Origin: an uncultured cyanobacterium | GTDB lineage: Bacteria; Cyanobacteriota; Cyanobacteriia; Cyanobacteriales; Nostocaceae | Direction: 5' to 3' | Assembly: GCA_963740315.1 (NCBI GenBank) | Contig: CAVUDP010000002.1 | Location: 3,456,001-3,520,000, forward strand | Length of the DNA: 64,000 nt | Shown here: positions 51,827 through 61,306 of the stretch, one piece after another | Position numbering within the stretch: the first letter of the stretch is position 1 | Layout: each line of letters starts with the position of its first letter | Made by a program: the position numbers and the translations under genes | Notes under the pieces: generated by a model | Databases searched by the model: none | Seen by the model: only the letters and a program-made list of their open reading frames with translations | What the model was told of the DNA's origin: nothing

Positions 51827-53125
51827 CTAGTCTGCTATTCTCCAGCTTCGAGGTTGATAGAATATGCAACGACTGTTATTTGTTTTGGAGTCTACACGAA
51901 ATCTAAAAGAGCGGACAACATCAAAGGAACGTACTCCCTGCTTAACATATATTTTGGCGCTGTAAACACCTTGAATTAGACAGCAGTAAGGCATATACAT
52001 TTGTAGTTCTGACTCTCCACAAGGCACATTCAAACTGGCATTATCATTAACAGAAGTAAGGTTGAGAATGCGATTACTTTCTCCCGATAAAGATGTTACT
52101 AGAAAACCAAGATTAACCGAACTAATATCTTCATATGCTTTACATTTGACACAAAAATAAGCTGGTTCTCCAGTAGAAGGATATTCAATTATATTTTGTT
52201 GTTCATCCCTAAAAAAAAGAGATAAAATATCTAAACCTAAACTTTCATGCCTTGGTTTTTCTGGTAAAGTCATCATTCCAGGCACGGGACTAGTTCCATG
52301 TAAAGATAAATCCTTTTCATATTGACGAATAATTGATTCTGTTTCCCCCGCCATCATTAATTTGCCTTTTTGCAAATAAATAGAGTGTTCGCAAACATTC
52401 AAAACAGTGTATGGGTTGTGGGAAACTAAAATAAATGCTGTGCCATTTTCTTTTAATTTAGCCAGCCGATGATGACACTTCATTTTGAATTTTACGTCAC
52501 CAACAGCTAAAACTTCATCAATTAATAAAATCTCTGGTTCGACATGAATTGCACAAGCAAAACCCAATCGCGCAGCCATTCCAGAACTGTATGTTTGAAC
52601 GGGAGCATCGATCGCATCTTGAATTTCTGCAAACTCAACTACTTCTTCAAATCTTTTTTCAATTTCTTGGGTTGATAAACCTAAAATTGCCATATTGGCA
52701 TAAATATTTTCTCGTCCTGTTAAAATTGGATTAAAGCCTGCTCCTAACGCAATTAAAGGAGCAATTCGACCTCGAACTTTAACCAAACCAGTATCGGGTT
52801 TAATCAAACCACTCAGAATGCGTAATAAAGTACTTTTCCCTGCACCATTAGCTCCTACTAAACCCACTGCTTCTTTGGCTCGTAGTTCAAAGCTGACATC
52901 CTCTAATGCCCAAAATTCTTTTTTGCGTAAAGCATGACTCTGCCGTTGTCCACCTCTTAAGTCAGTTAAGATATCACCAACACCATAAAACAAAGACTGC
53001 TTTAAATCCCGACAAAATTTTTTAGACACTCCATTGACAGAAATCAACACATCTGAATTAAGAGTGGAAGACAAAACTTCTTGATTTGACAAATTTTCTG
53101 CTGTCCCTGCTTCGTCTATAGTCAT
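51827..53125 (-). CDS. wzt: Polysaccharide ABC exporter ATPase with C-terminal Wzt_C domain
   Basis: GANGAGKST, LGAGFNPILTGREN, YSSGMAARLGF, DEVLAVGD. Confidence 0.9.
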   Translation of the reverse strand: MTIDEAGTAENLSNQEVLSSTLNSDVLISVNGVSKKFCRDLKQSLFYGVGDILTDLRGGQRQSHALRKKEFWALEDVSFELRAKEAVGLVGANGAGKSTLLRILSGLIKPDTGLVKVRGRIAPLIALGAGFNPILTGRENIYANMAILGLSTQEIEKRFEEVVEFAEIQDAIDAPVQTYSSGMAARLGFACAIHVEPEILLIDEVLAVGDVKFKMKCHHRLAKLKENGTAFILVSHNPYTVLNVCEHSIYLQKGKLMMAGETESIIRQYEKDLSLHGTSPVPGMMTLPEKPRHESLGLDILSLFFRDEQQNIIEYPSTGEPAYFCVKCKAYEDISSVNLGFLVTSLSGESNRILNLTSVNDNASLNVPCGESELQMYMPYCCLIQGVYSAKIYVKQGVRSFDVVRSFRFRVDSKTNNSRCIFYQPRSWRIAD

Positions 53126-53347
53126 TCGATTTTAGATTTTAGATTTTAGATTTTATATTTACGAAAATAGATTGTTCTTTTCTTGAAAGAGGCTTGCGGA
53201 TTTTAGATTTTAAATTATCCTCAGCTTTCAAGCTAGGGGGTTGTTCTTTAATCTAAAATGCTATAGCCATCTTTTATACTTTTAATTGTGTTGTATTAGG
53301 TAGAATTATTTTTTAGTTGCTAACTCGATTAATTATAATTACATCGA

Positions 53348-54208
53348 TCACGAACTTACTCTTTCAATAACATACGGAAGCGCAATCCGAAAAGCAATCC
53401 AGGTAAAAAGCAAACCAACCCAAGTTATAATACTGACCACCCAAAAGCCTACTGGTTCGGAAATAATTCCGGTTGTTGCTAACTCTCGCGTCGTCACTAG
53501 CAAGGGAGTAACGGGATTAAGTTTAATTAGAAAACCAAATAAACCGCTCGGAGGAACCGAATAGACAACAGGGGTGAGAAACAACCAAAACCCTGTCACC
53601 ATTGTTAATGATTTTGATACATCTTGGTAAAGCACTCCTAAAGGAGACAGTAATGTTCCCAAAAAAGTCCCCAGCATAATTAAATGAATTAGAGCAACCG
53701 GAGCAATAATTACCGTCCAACTTACCCCAATGCGATACCAAATAAATAGCCCGACAATTAAAAGTAATTTAATTGCAAAGTTAAATAAAACCTCTCCAAC
53801 TTTAGCTAAAATAACTGCTTCGCGGGGGAAATTGACGCGAGCAAGCATTGGCTTTGCCTTGATAACTGCATCAACTGGACCGTTCAAAGATTCAACAAAG
53901 GTTTGCCACAACGCAGTACTGAACATTACATAGGCAGGATAAGGTAAATCGGTTTTACCCACATTGACTATGTTTGCTTGACTTGCCAAAGTAAATCCAA
54001 CTGCCATGACAATGGGAGGAATAAATGCCCAAACAATTCCCAAGACTGACTGACGGTACTGGGCACTAATATCGCGTACCATTAACCGCCATGCTAATTC
54101 ACGAGAGGCAAGTAAGTCATACCACATTTGCCGTAGCAGTTGTCGGGGGTGTCTTAGTAAGCTTTCAGGAGTGTGAACTGTCTCAATCAACGATCCTTTG
54201 CTTCTCAT
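53348..54208 (-). CDS. wzm: Polysaccharide ABC exporter permease
   Basis: RDISAQYRQSVLGIVW, FPRE, LTPVVY, LNPVT. Confidence 0.9.
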   Translation of the reverse strand: MRSKGSLIETVHTPESLLRHPRQLLRQMWYDLLASRELAWRLMVRDISAQYRQSVLGIVWAFIPPIVMAVGFTLASQANIVNVGKTDLPYPAYVMFSTALWQTFVESLNGPVDAVIKAKPMLARVNFPREAVILAKVGEVLFNFAIKLLLIVGLFIWYRIGVSWTVIIAPVALIHLIMLGTFLGTLLSPLGVLYQDVSKSLTMVTGFWLFLTPVVYSVPPSGLFGFLIKLNPVTPLLVTTRELATTGIISEPVGFWVVSIITWVGLLFTWIAFRIALPYVIERVSS

Positions 54209-54273
54209 ATATTAGTTAGTTTTTTATTTCTATTTATTAAGTAGAAATTAACACGGGCTGAGTCTTCGATGGC

Positions 54274-55242
54274 TTATACCTCCAGCTTGGGTTCGGATGA
54301 ATTTAAACCTGATTTTTTGTTAAATGGAGCCATTTCCCAAAAGAAACCTGCTGCGTTTGCCACTTGGGATACAAATAGAACGCCAGTTAAGGTGATTCCT
54401 TGCTTTCCTTGACCGTTGACAAAGGGATATCGGAGAAGTTCGAGGTAATAGTTACCTTCAATCTCAAAATTTCCCCAGCCTTTTTCGGCTCTTGCTTGAT
54501 GAAAGCGGAAAGCTCCCCGACCATAGCTAAAATGCTGCTTCCAGAAGCTGCGAAGTGTCATGGCATGAGCGTGGTAGATTACAACTTCAGGCGCATAGGT
54601 CATCTCGTAGCCCTGATGCAGCCACCGATCGCAAAATTCCCGGTCTTCTGAAGTTTTGAAGCTTTCATTAAAGCCACCAAGTTCCCGGAAGGGTTGAGCT
54701 GGTATAACCATGTTGTTGGAAGCAAAGAAGCGGGCTCGATCCGGAATAGCGTTGTAGTGTGCATAGCCCATGCTAATAATGTTCTGACTCGTAGTAGAGA
54801 AAGGGTTATCAAGCAGTGCATTCACCGTTTGACCGCCTACAATGCGATCGGGAGTTGCCGTGAAGCAGTTTTCTAATGCTTGCAACCAATTCGTCGCCGG
54901 TCTACAATCATCATCGGTGAAAGCAAGATACTTGCCCTTAGCATGCTGGGCTGCATGGTTGCGTGCTGCTGCCGGTCCCGCATTTTCCTGTCGAATCAGT
55001 TTTAAATTAAGTGAGTCCTCAAAGGGAGCTACCACCGTGTCTAATGGGTTGTCACTACCATCGTCGATCGCAATAACTTCAAAGCGATCGCGCGGATAGT
55101 CAAGCTGACTCAGAGATTCGAGACAACTCGCAAGTTGCTTCGGGCGATTATAGGTAGGGATAATAATTGAGAATAAAAGCTGTTGTTGCATATATCTGGT
55201 AAAGAAAAGTAAATTGTTACTAACTATTAACAGGGGTTGCAA
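54274..55242 (-). CDS. Glycosyltransferase family 2 (true start probably MQQQLL)
   Basis: SIIIPTYNR, IDDGS, GPAAARN, FTDDDC, EDRE. Confidence 0.9.
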   Translation of the reverse strand: MQPLLIVSNNLLFFTRYMQQQLLFSIIIPTYNRPKQLASCLESLSQLDYPRDRFEVIAIDDGSDNPLDTVVAPFEDSLNLKLIRQENAGPAAARNHAAQHAKGKYLAFTDDDCRPATNWLQALENCFTATPDRIVGGQTVNALLDNPFSTTSQNIISMGYAHYNAIPDRARFFASNNMVIPAQPFRELGGFNESFKTSEDREFCDRWLHQGYEMTYAPEVVIYHAHAMTLRSFWKQHFSYGRGAFRFHQARAEKGWGNFEIEGNYYLELLRYPFVNGQGKQGITLTGVLFVSQVANAAGFFWEMAPFNKKSGLNSSEPKLEV

Positions 55243-56308
55243 TCTTCTCTGGAGAAACAGAAGTAGGAGATTGTTGCCGTCGTAATTCTTGTTGCTTGGC
55301 GTGACGGTTGGTTAAAGTTCGATTAAGTAACCGTTCGGGCTGGACTAAAAGATTTTCTATCTTCCCGCTACCGATACCAAAGGTTAAAGCCCGCACAAAA
55401 GGATAGATAATCGTTCCTTTTCGCCGCCATCCTTTTTCCAACTTTTTGTATTTGGTTTGAAAGTAGCCGTCTTCAGCCAGATTCCATTTCTTTTGTAAAT
55501 GCTTCAAGCTTGCGAGCGTCCAAGCATCGCTCCAGCGCAACATATAGTAATGCAAATCAAACCACTTCAAAGGAGGTCCCGGTACATAAGTGACGATAGA
55601 GGCGGGTTCAATATAAACTGTACCGCTTATTTCACGAACGCTCATACAAAAATCCAAATGCTCTTTAGTATTGAGCATTGCTTCATCTAGTTGAACGAGC
55701 CGCTCAAAAATAGACCGACGCACTAACACGCAGTGAAATTCTGCTAGCTCTGTTTGAGTGCGATCGAGTCCATCGCGAATTTCTCCAACCCCTTTACCTT
55801 GGTCGTACATTTTCTCCCTTAGCCGCCGCCGTCCGGTTTTGTCAACCCAAATGTGGGATTCTCCACCTGCAAAATGGACGTTTTCATGAATCGGCTCATA
55901 CTGACACATCAACGGACCTACCACCGCTGCGTCTGTTTCCTCGGCACACTGCACCAAAGCTGTTAGCCAATTTGGTGAAACAATTACATCATTATCTACA
56001 AAGACAACATATTTGGTGTCTACTTTAGATAAACCCAAGTTTCTAGCCTGGTTGGGGTAGAGGTAATAATCGGTTCGTATTAGCTCAAACCCTTTTGCCT
56101 CAGCTTGCTTTTTCAGGTAGCGTCGAACGGATGCCGGAGAATTACCATCAACATAAATTAGCTTGTAGGGCAAACTTGTATGAGCAAATATGCTTTCTAA
56201 AGATTGGCGCGTACAGCTAAATCGCTCGCGAGGAACAACCACAATCGTTACCATCGGCTGTTCTGAAGACTGGTTTTTATAAGTAATTTCCTGGGTGCTA
56301 ATAGTCAT
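55220..56308 (-). CDS. Glycosyltransferase family 2
   Basis: IVVVPRER, VDGNS, ARNLG, FVDND, EHLDFC. Confidence 0.88.
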   Translation of the reverse strand: MTISTQEITYKNQSSEQPMVTIVVVPRERFSCTRQSLESIFAHTSLPYKLIYVDGNSPASVRRYLKKQAEAKGFELIRTDYYLYPNQARNLGLSKVDTKYVVFVDNDVIVSPNWLTALVQCAEETDAAVVGPLMCQYEPIHENVHFAGGESHIWVDKTGRRRLREKMYDQGKGVGEIRDGLDRTQTELAEFHCVLVRRSIFERLVQLDEAMLNTKEHLDFCMSVREISGTVYIEPASIVTYVPGPPLKWFDLHYYMLRWSDAWTLASLKHLQKKWNLAEDGYFQTKYKKLEKGWRRKGTIIYPFVRALTFGIGSGKIENLLVQPERLLNRTLTNRHAKQQELRRQQSPTSVSPEKIATPVNS

Positions 56309-56329
56309 AAAAAAACCTTTTACAATAAC

Positions 56330-57604
56330 TTATTTACTTAAGGGTACTGCAACTGAGTGAAGAGCCTCCTCAGACTTAAGAAGCGATTCATAAAGAGTAA
56401 CAAGGCGATCGTTTAAGCAATTGAGATCGTAATGCTGCTCTACAAATGAACGTCCGGCTTCACCCATTGCAGCCCAACCTTCGGGATGCTCGATCGAGTA
56501 AATCAATTTATCGGCGATCGCCTTCTCGTCTCTTTCTGGGACTAAGAAGCCGGATACCCCTTCTTCAACTAGTTCTGGAATACCTCCATGAACCGTACTG
56601 ATGACGGGTAGCCCCATAGCCATTGCTTCTTTGAGTACATTGATCGGAGCGTCTTGATTGCCATCGCTAGCAGTTACGCTGGGTGCAATAAATAGATGCG
56701 ATGTTTTTAACAGGTCAATAATTTCGCTCTGAGACTTTTGCCCCAGCAGCTTAATCGACTGCTCTGCCTTCAGTGAAACAATCAATTGCTCGAATTGCGA
56801 TCGCAGCGGTCCGTCCCCGATGATGATGTATTCTAAATTTAAATTGGAATGCTGTTTTAATATTTGAGCTACTGCCCGAATACTATATTCAATACCTTTC
56901 TTTTCAACTAAACGTCCTGTGGTGGCAATCCGAACTAAACCATTTTTCGGATATTGACGAGTTTGAAATGGAAAACGGCTGTAATCTAAGCCCGAACCAT
57001 GAACTCTAATTAGTTTGGGATTGCAGCCCAACTCAATCACGCGGCGCTTGAAAAATTCACAGTTTGCCAGAAAATAATCTCCACTTGCAAACAAAGGTTT
57101 ATAAATATTTTCGCCGTGTTCTTGAACAAAATTACTGATATCATGTCCCCTAAAAATAGTAATTAATTTTGCACTCGGAGAATTTACACTTCGGAATGCC
57201 ATTCCTCTAAAACCAACAGTTCCAAACTGGCAATGAATAATATCATAGTTTCTTTGAAGATTGGGAATCAACGTGTAGAGCAGCCAAAGTGATATTGCCT
57301 GTTGCCCATGTTTAAAAAAGTTCAGCGCTTGTAAGGTTTCTTTAGGCGCTTGAATCAACTTAGAAACCAGTACACCGCAGCCTTTAATTGCCCGCCAGAA
57401 AAAATTCTCAGGAATTTCAGGTAAGTAGTAGGTGCGTTCGAGTAGGTTATATGTTAATACATCATCATGCAACTTTTCTAAATTACCCGGTCTATCAGCA
57501 TAAATATCAACTTGATGTCCTCTATCTAGCAGACCTGTAATTTGATTTAATATAAACGTCTCCGATAAAATTGGAAAATCACCGACTATAAAGGCAATAT
57601 TCAT
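56330..57604 (-). CDS. Glycosyltransferase family 4 (WcaL-like)
   Basis: FPILSETFILNQI, FRGHD, GRLVEKKG, LKEAMAMGLPV, HGGIPE. Confidence 0.9.
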   Translation of the reverse strand: MNIAFIVGDFPILSETFILNQITGLLDRGHQVDIYADRPGNLEKLHDDVLTYNLLERTYYLPEIPENFFWRAIKGCGVLVSKLIQAPKETLQALNFFKHGQQAISLWLLYTLIPNLQRNYDIIHCQFGTVGFRGMAFRSVNSPSAKLITIFRGHDISNFVQEHGENIYKPLFASGDYFLANCEFFKRRVIELGCNPKLIRVHGSGLDYSRFPFQTRQYPKNGLVRIATTGRLVEKKGIEYSIRAVAQILKQHSNLNLEYIIIGDGPLRSQFEQLIVSLKAEQSIKLLGQKSQSEIIDLLKTSHLFIAPSVTASDGNQDAPINVLKEAMAMGLPVISTVHGGIPELVEEGVSGFLVPERDEKAIADKLIYSIEHPEGWAAMGEAGRSFVEQHYDLNCLNDRLVTLYESLLKSEEALHSVAVPLSK

Positions 57605-57689
57605 AACAAATGTTGATTTCCCCCATTAAAAAAAGATAGTGTAAAGTGTGTAAACTGTAGTTTTTTTAATCTATTAAAATCATAGGCAA

Positions 57690-58613
57690 CTATTCTCTGA
57701 TTGAAACTCCGCCTAACATTAATCGTATTCTTTCCCAAGCGCTTACATACCTGATAAATAACATCACAAAAGAAACTCTTAGTTTTTCCCCGAAGCCATT
57801 TAATCGTAAATCTCCAAAGACTTGAATTACAAAATTTAGCGGCGGTAATAAATCTTCTAAGAGTGATTTAAAGAGTACTTTATTTAGTTGTAAATATGAA
57901 TATTTTTTATTCAATTGCAGGTCATAACTACCACCTACAATTCTAATTGTTCTTTTATAGATTTGTTTAAACGAATATCTTGCCGGATGAGCAACACAAG
58001 CATCTGCTGCATAAAGAAGCTGATAATTAGATGCAGCAACTCGCTGCCCCCATTCCAAATCGCCACTTGATTTCAAAGTAGCATTGAAACAACCTATATG
58101 CTCAATTACAGCTTTGAAGGTAAATAAATTTGCTGTTGCACCATATTTGTACTTTTCGAGATACTCTTTCTGCGTAAAAGCAGTAACCTTTTCAAAAAGT
58201 TCTACAGGCGTAAGTCGATCGGGATTTTTAAAGAAAATTTTAATTTCTCCTGCAACTAAGCCACAATTAGAAGTTTTAAGTAAATGTTGAACTCCCTTTT
58301 CAATCCAATCAGTAGCAGGAATGCAGTCAGCATCCGTGAAAGCAATTATCTCTCCCTTTGCTAGCGATATACCTTTGTTACGAGCGGCATAGGAACCTGG
58401 GAGAAGTTCTTGAGTGGCGATCGCCACTTTAAACTCAGCTACAACTCCCTCAATGTCTTGGTCATCGTCAGAACCGTTATCCACTACGATGACTTCATAA
58501 TGGCTTTGAGGATAAGACTGGGTTTCCAAGGCTGCCAAACATAATTTTAAACGGGCAGCATCATTAAAAACGGGAATAATCACCGAGACGAATAGTAATG
58601 GTGGATTTTCCAT
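57690..58613 (-). CDS. Glycosyltransferase family 2
   Basis: SVIIPVFN, VVDNGS, GSYAARN, FTDADC. Confidence 0.9.
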   Translation of the reverse strand: MENPPLLFVSVIIPVFNDAARLKLCLAALETQSYPQSHYEVIVVDNGSDDDQDIEGVVAEFKVAIATQELLPGSYAARNKGISLAKGEIIAFTDADCIPATDWIEKGVQHLLKTSNCGLVAGEIKIFFKNPDRLTPVELFEKVTAFTQKEYLEKYKYGATANLFTFKAVIEHIGCFNATLKSSGDLEWGQRVAASNYQLLYAADACVAHPARYSFKQIYKRTIRIVGGSYDLQLNKKYSYLQLNKVLFKSLLEDLLPPLNFVIQVFGDLRLNGFGEKLRVSFVMLFIRYVSAWERIRLMLGGVSIRE

Positions 58614-58976
58614 GATTCTCTATTTGCTATTTGCACAAAAGATAGGCAACGGGCGAAAAAAAATTTTATGTATATAGCACCATGAAAAAACTGCTTTCTA
58701 AAGTTTTGACAACTTTTGATCGGTAAAATGTCAGGTTTGCGATCCTTTTTCAGCAGGACGGACTTGCTTGATCCCATCTTTTATTAACTTTTAACCTACT
58801 ATAAGTCCCACATACTTTACAATCACTAATGATTGATTACCCCAAAATAAAAATATATTTTATTCAAAAATTCACATATGCGTATGCGATTTTCTTAGGT
58901 ATAAACCACGTATCGGAAAAAATCAAGTTAAAATTTTGACAATTATTCCTTTTATGTAAATTCAGGTAATTAAATA

Positions 58977-59107
58977 GTCCGCCAACGTCCATCATAAATA
59001 TCGTAAGTCCAAAAAGCAAATAATAGCTGCTATTGTAAATAAGCCAGTTAAACCGTGAAGAATGCGTAGTAATAACAGTTGATAGGCTGAGATAGTTTGA
59101 CCGACAT
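58977..59107 (-). pseudogene. Degenerate copy of the first ~45 codons of the cytochrome b-like gene (49341-49474)
   Basis: Long shared blocks such as TAAATAAGCCAGTTAAACCGTGAAGAAT and ATCGTAAGTCCAAAAAGCA; 1-nt and 2-nt deletions. Confidence 0.85.
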
Positions 59108-59295
59108 CAAATAACAAACGCAAGAATTATTTATATTCTATGGTAGTTGTAGAGAAGCGTTAGCGCGGAGTGACCGCAAGGTAATAATATCGCTTCTCTA
59201 CATTAGGTTAAATTACGAATAAATATTATCAATGTCAAATTCCGCTTGAGTTAAGTCAAGATGACCGCTAATAAAATTGATAATTTGCTCGTCTG

Positions 59296-60051
59296 TCATG
59301 TTTTGATTTTATCGAGTAAACCTACCAGTTCTTTATTAAGTATTTCATATCCTTGGTTATTCAAATGCAGTTCATCCGAACCATATTTCTGCAACATCAT
59401 TCCTTGAGTATTGGCAAGAATCGAAAAACTATCAAATATAATCACCTTATCTTCAGCTAATGTAGCTATGTAAGCATTCACTTCTTCAACTGTTTTAGCT
59501 ATATCATCCGACCAAAAAGGCTTACGCTGAATTGGTGCTTCTCCTACTGGAAAAATAGTAGTCAATATTACTACTGCACCTAAATTCTTAGATTCGTCTA
59601 CAATTCGCTTAATATTATCTCGACAATTAGTAATAATTGAATTTCTACGTTCTGGAAACAATGCAATAGTTTTCAAATCGTTAACACCAACTTGAATAAT
59701 TACTATATTAGGTTGTAAAGAATTAACGTGATATCTAAACCGCTCAACTGTTTGCACCGAAGTTTGGGCATGAATTCCACGATTGATAAATTCATACCCA
59801 TTTATATTAGGTGATATCCAACCATCTGCTCTGGAGTCACCAAAGAAAACTACACGGATTTTACTTTTATCGGTAGCTTTCTTGAAATTTACGGGATAGT
59901 GACTTAAGCCAAAAGGATCTAAACGAGTTTCATTAACTTGGAGGTAATATTTTTTAGCTTGATTGTAGAGAAGAATATTGAAAACAATTGAACTTCCAAG
60001 CATTAATAAGATGAGAGATTTAAATATAATAAAAATTTTATTTGATGTCAT
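59296..60051 (-). CDS. SGNH/GDSL-family hydrolase
   Basis: FFGDSR, NRGI, QVGVND, DELH. Confidence 0.88.
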   Translation of the reverse strand: MTSNKIFIIFKSLILLMLGSSIVFNILLYNQAKKYYLQVNETRLDPFGLSHYPVNFKKATDKSKIRVVFFGDSRADGWISPNINGYEFINRGIHAQTSVQTVERFRYHVNSLQPNIVIIQVGVNDLKTIALFPERRNSIITNCRDNIKRIVDESKNLGAVVILTTIFPVGEAPIQRKPFWSDDIAKTVEEVNAYIATLAEDKVIIFDSFSILANTQGMMLQKYGSDELHLNNQGYEILNKELVGLLDKIKT

Positions 60052-60118
60052 GTATTTGGGAGTTGGCTGTAATCGTGTAATCTGATTTAAGGTTTTTTAA
60101 GAAATAAAAAAAAGGGCT

Positions 60119-60358
60119 TTAATTCACATTCATCAAGAAGGATTCGCATATGCGATCGGCATTTACGACAGCTAATTCCAACGCTTCAATTGCCTGCTCC
60201 CGACTGACACTAGGGAAATGGTCAATAAACTCATCCAAGGAGTCACCCGCTTCCAGATAATCGAGCAAGGTTTTAATCGGTACGCGAGTACCAATAAATA
60301 CAGGCGTTCCCCCTAATATTTCAGGGTCGCTATGCACAACACGCTGTTTTGAATACAT
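60119..60358 (-). CDS. DUF433 antitoxin-like protein; the partner PIN toxin survives only as a stub (MRILLDEC from 60149)
   Basis: DPEILGGTPVF.GTRVP...LDYLEAG.SLDEF..HFP. Confidence 0.85.
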   Translation of the reverse strand: MYSKQRVVHSDPEILGGTPVFIGTRVPIKTLLDYLEAGDSLDEFIDHFPSVSREQAIEALELAVVNADRICESFLMNVN

Positions 60359-60544
60359 AAATTTTTTAAGCGATCGCCCTTGTGAGTGATTTGTTAATGC
60401 TAGCTTGCGATGTGCTGATGCGGTTAAGTAAAGTTCTTTTTTAACCCAAGGAAACGGGATTTTATGGCGATCGCGCTTAAAAAGCTAACATTTTGGAAGT
60501 GAACAATATCAATCTTTATGGTAATGCTGACAACAGATAAAAAC

Positions 60545-61273
60545 CTAGAAAGGTAACTCAGGTTGTAGATATTGCTCTTTACTTTTATTACTCTTTTTTT
60601 GATTTTCCATAGATGATATATTATTTGAATTATTTTTTGTGATTAAATCAATATAGTAATTTTTATCTTCGACTACACGGTCTATTTCATCATTGTGGCA
60701 TAGAGAAACAAATAAAGCGGCTGCTCTTGCCTGACAGTTGAATGATTTTTTAGGATTAAATGCAATATCAGAAAAACCCTTATAATCAAATAATTTATTA
60801 GCTAAACTTGGATTTTGTGAAAGTGCAGTTAAATATAGCCAATCATAAAACGCTGTGACCGGATTAATAATAAAATTTTCTCCAAAAAATTCATAACCTA
60901 CAAAATTACCAGAATTACGCAGCCTTTCATCAGTTTTAGCTTCTTTGCTAGAGACAGAATATAAATCCTGAAAAGGACCGCCATTTGCGAAAATCTTACT
61001 GCCTTGATATGCACATTCAACTGAAATACTTGTTTCATCTTTTATCATCTTTAGATTAAAGGCACTTAAAGAAACTCCTACCTCCTGATTCGATTTAGAG
61101 GATATCTCTAAGACTGTGGTTATTTTAGCTTCAGCGGCTGCCTGATGCAGAGAGGCTATTGATTTCTGGGCTTGTACTTTTGCAAAACCAGGGTGCCATT
61201 CAAATTCAAGTAAACTTTCTTTCACAAAGGGAAAGCCTTTTAAATTCGGGATAAAAATAGGTCGTTTAGCCAT
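60545..61273 (-). CDS. DarT1-associated NADAR-type antitoxin (DarG1-like)
   Basis: MAKRPIFIP, LEISSKS, LSAFNL, SVECAYQGSK.F..GGP, TAFYDWLY, FSDIAFNPKKS.NCQA; directly downstream of darT. Confidence 0.8.
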   Translation of the reverse strand: MAKRPIFIPNLKGFPFVKESLLEFEWHPGFAKVQAQKSIASLHQAAAEAKITTVLEISSKSNQEVGVSLSAFNLKMIKDETSISVECAYQGSKIFANGGPFQDLYSVSSKEAKTDERLRNSGNFVGYEFFGENFIINPVTAFYDWLYLTALSQNPSLANKLFDYKGFSDIAFNPKKSFNCQARAAALFVSLCHNDEIDRVVEDKNYYIDLITKNNSNNISSMENQKKSNKSKEQYLQPELPF

Positions 61274-61306
61274 AATTCACCTTACGATTAGAAGAATAAT
61301 TCTGGT

